Source of the DNA: a virus
Taxonomy: Duplodnaviria > Caudoviricetes
DNA length: 56,404 nucleotides
Reading direction: 5' to 3' (one strand)
IMG/VR virus record: IMGVR_UViG_3300012359_000004
Coordinates: 1-56,404 of that record
In this document: positions 56,390 through 56,404 of the stretch, in pieces
Layout: each line of letters starts with the position of its first letter
Position numbering within the stretch: the first letter of the stretch is position 1
Notes under the pieces: generated by a model
The model's database searches: none
Seen by the model: the letters and a program-made list of their open reading frames with translations, nothing else
Told to the model about the DNA's origin: nothing
Translations under genes and position numbers: made by a program

Positions 56390-56404
56390 GATTGTTCCTT
56401 TCAC
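56300..56404. repeat. terminal direct repeat (copy 2)
   Basis: identical to 1-105. Confidence 0.97.

Noticed and set aside
1-56404. tRNA genes, reverse transcriptase/DGR, DNA modification genes, stop-codon recoding
   Set aside because: no supporting motifs seen; core genes are intact under the standard code

Overview
Apparently complete, circularly assembled temperate siphovirus-like phage genome of about 56.3 kb (bases 1-105 repeat exactly at 56300-56404). The minus strand carries the late block: terS-terL-portal, then across the junction scaffold, decoration, major capsid, head-tail and tail genes, a frameshifting tail chaperone, tape measure, a 1428-aa tail protein, a glycoside hydrolase, a C39-like endolysin and holin candidates. 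The plus strand carries early genes: two tyrosine recombinases, HTH regulators, an iteron-containing replication initiator with DnaB, a likely ssDNA-annealing protein and many small ORFs. A Chloroflexota (Ktedonobacteria-like) host is inferred, not shown. The most unusual content is non-coding. (1) Two protein-less OMEGA guide-RNA loci lie about 0.7 kb apart: an IscB-type omegaRNA/HEARO scaffold (13880-14215, +) and a ~387-bp non-autonomous IS607-type element with a TnpB-type omegaRNA (12792-13178, -); no iscB, tnpB or tnpA was found in the genome. (2) One conserved, covarying promoter plus multi-hairpin leader RNA precedes four free-standing endonuclease genes of three types (two EndoVII-type, one GIY-YIG, one HNH). 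All family calls come from motifs recognised by eye; no database searches were run.
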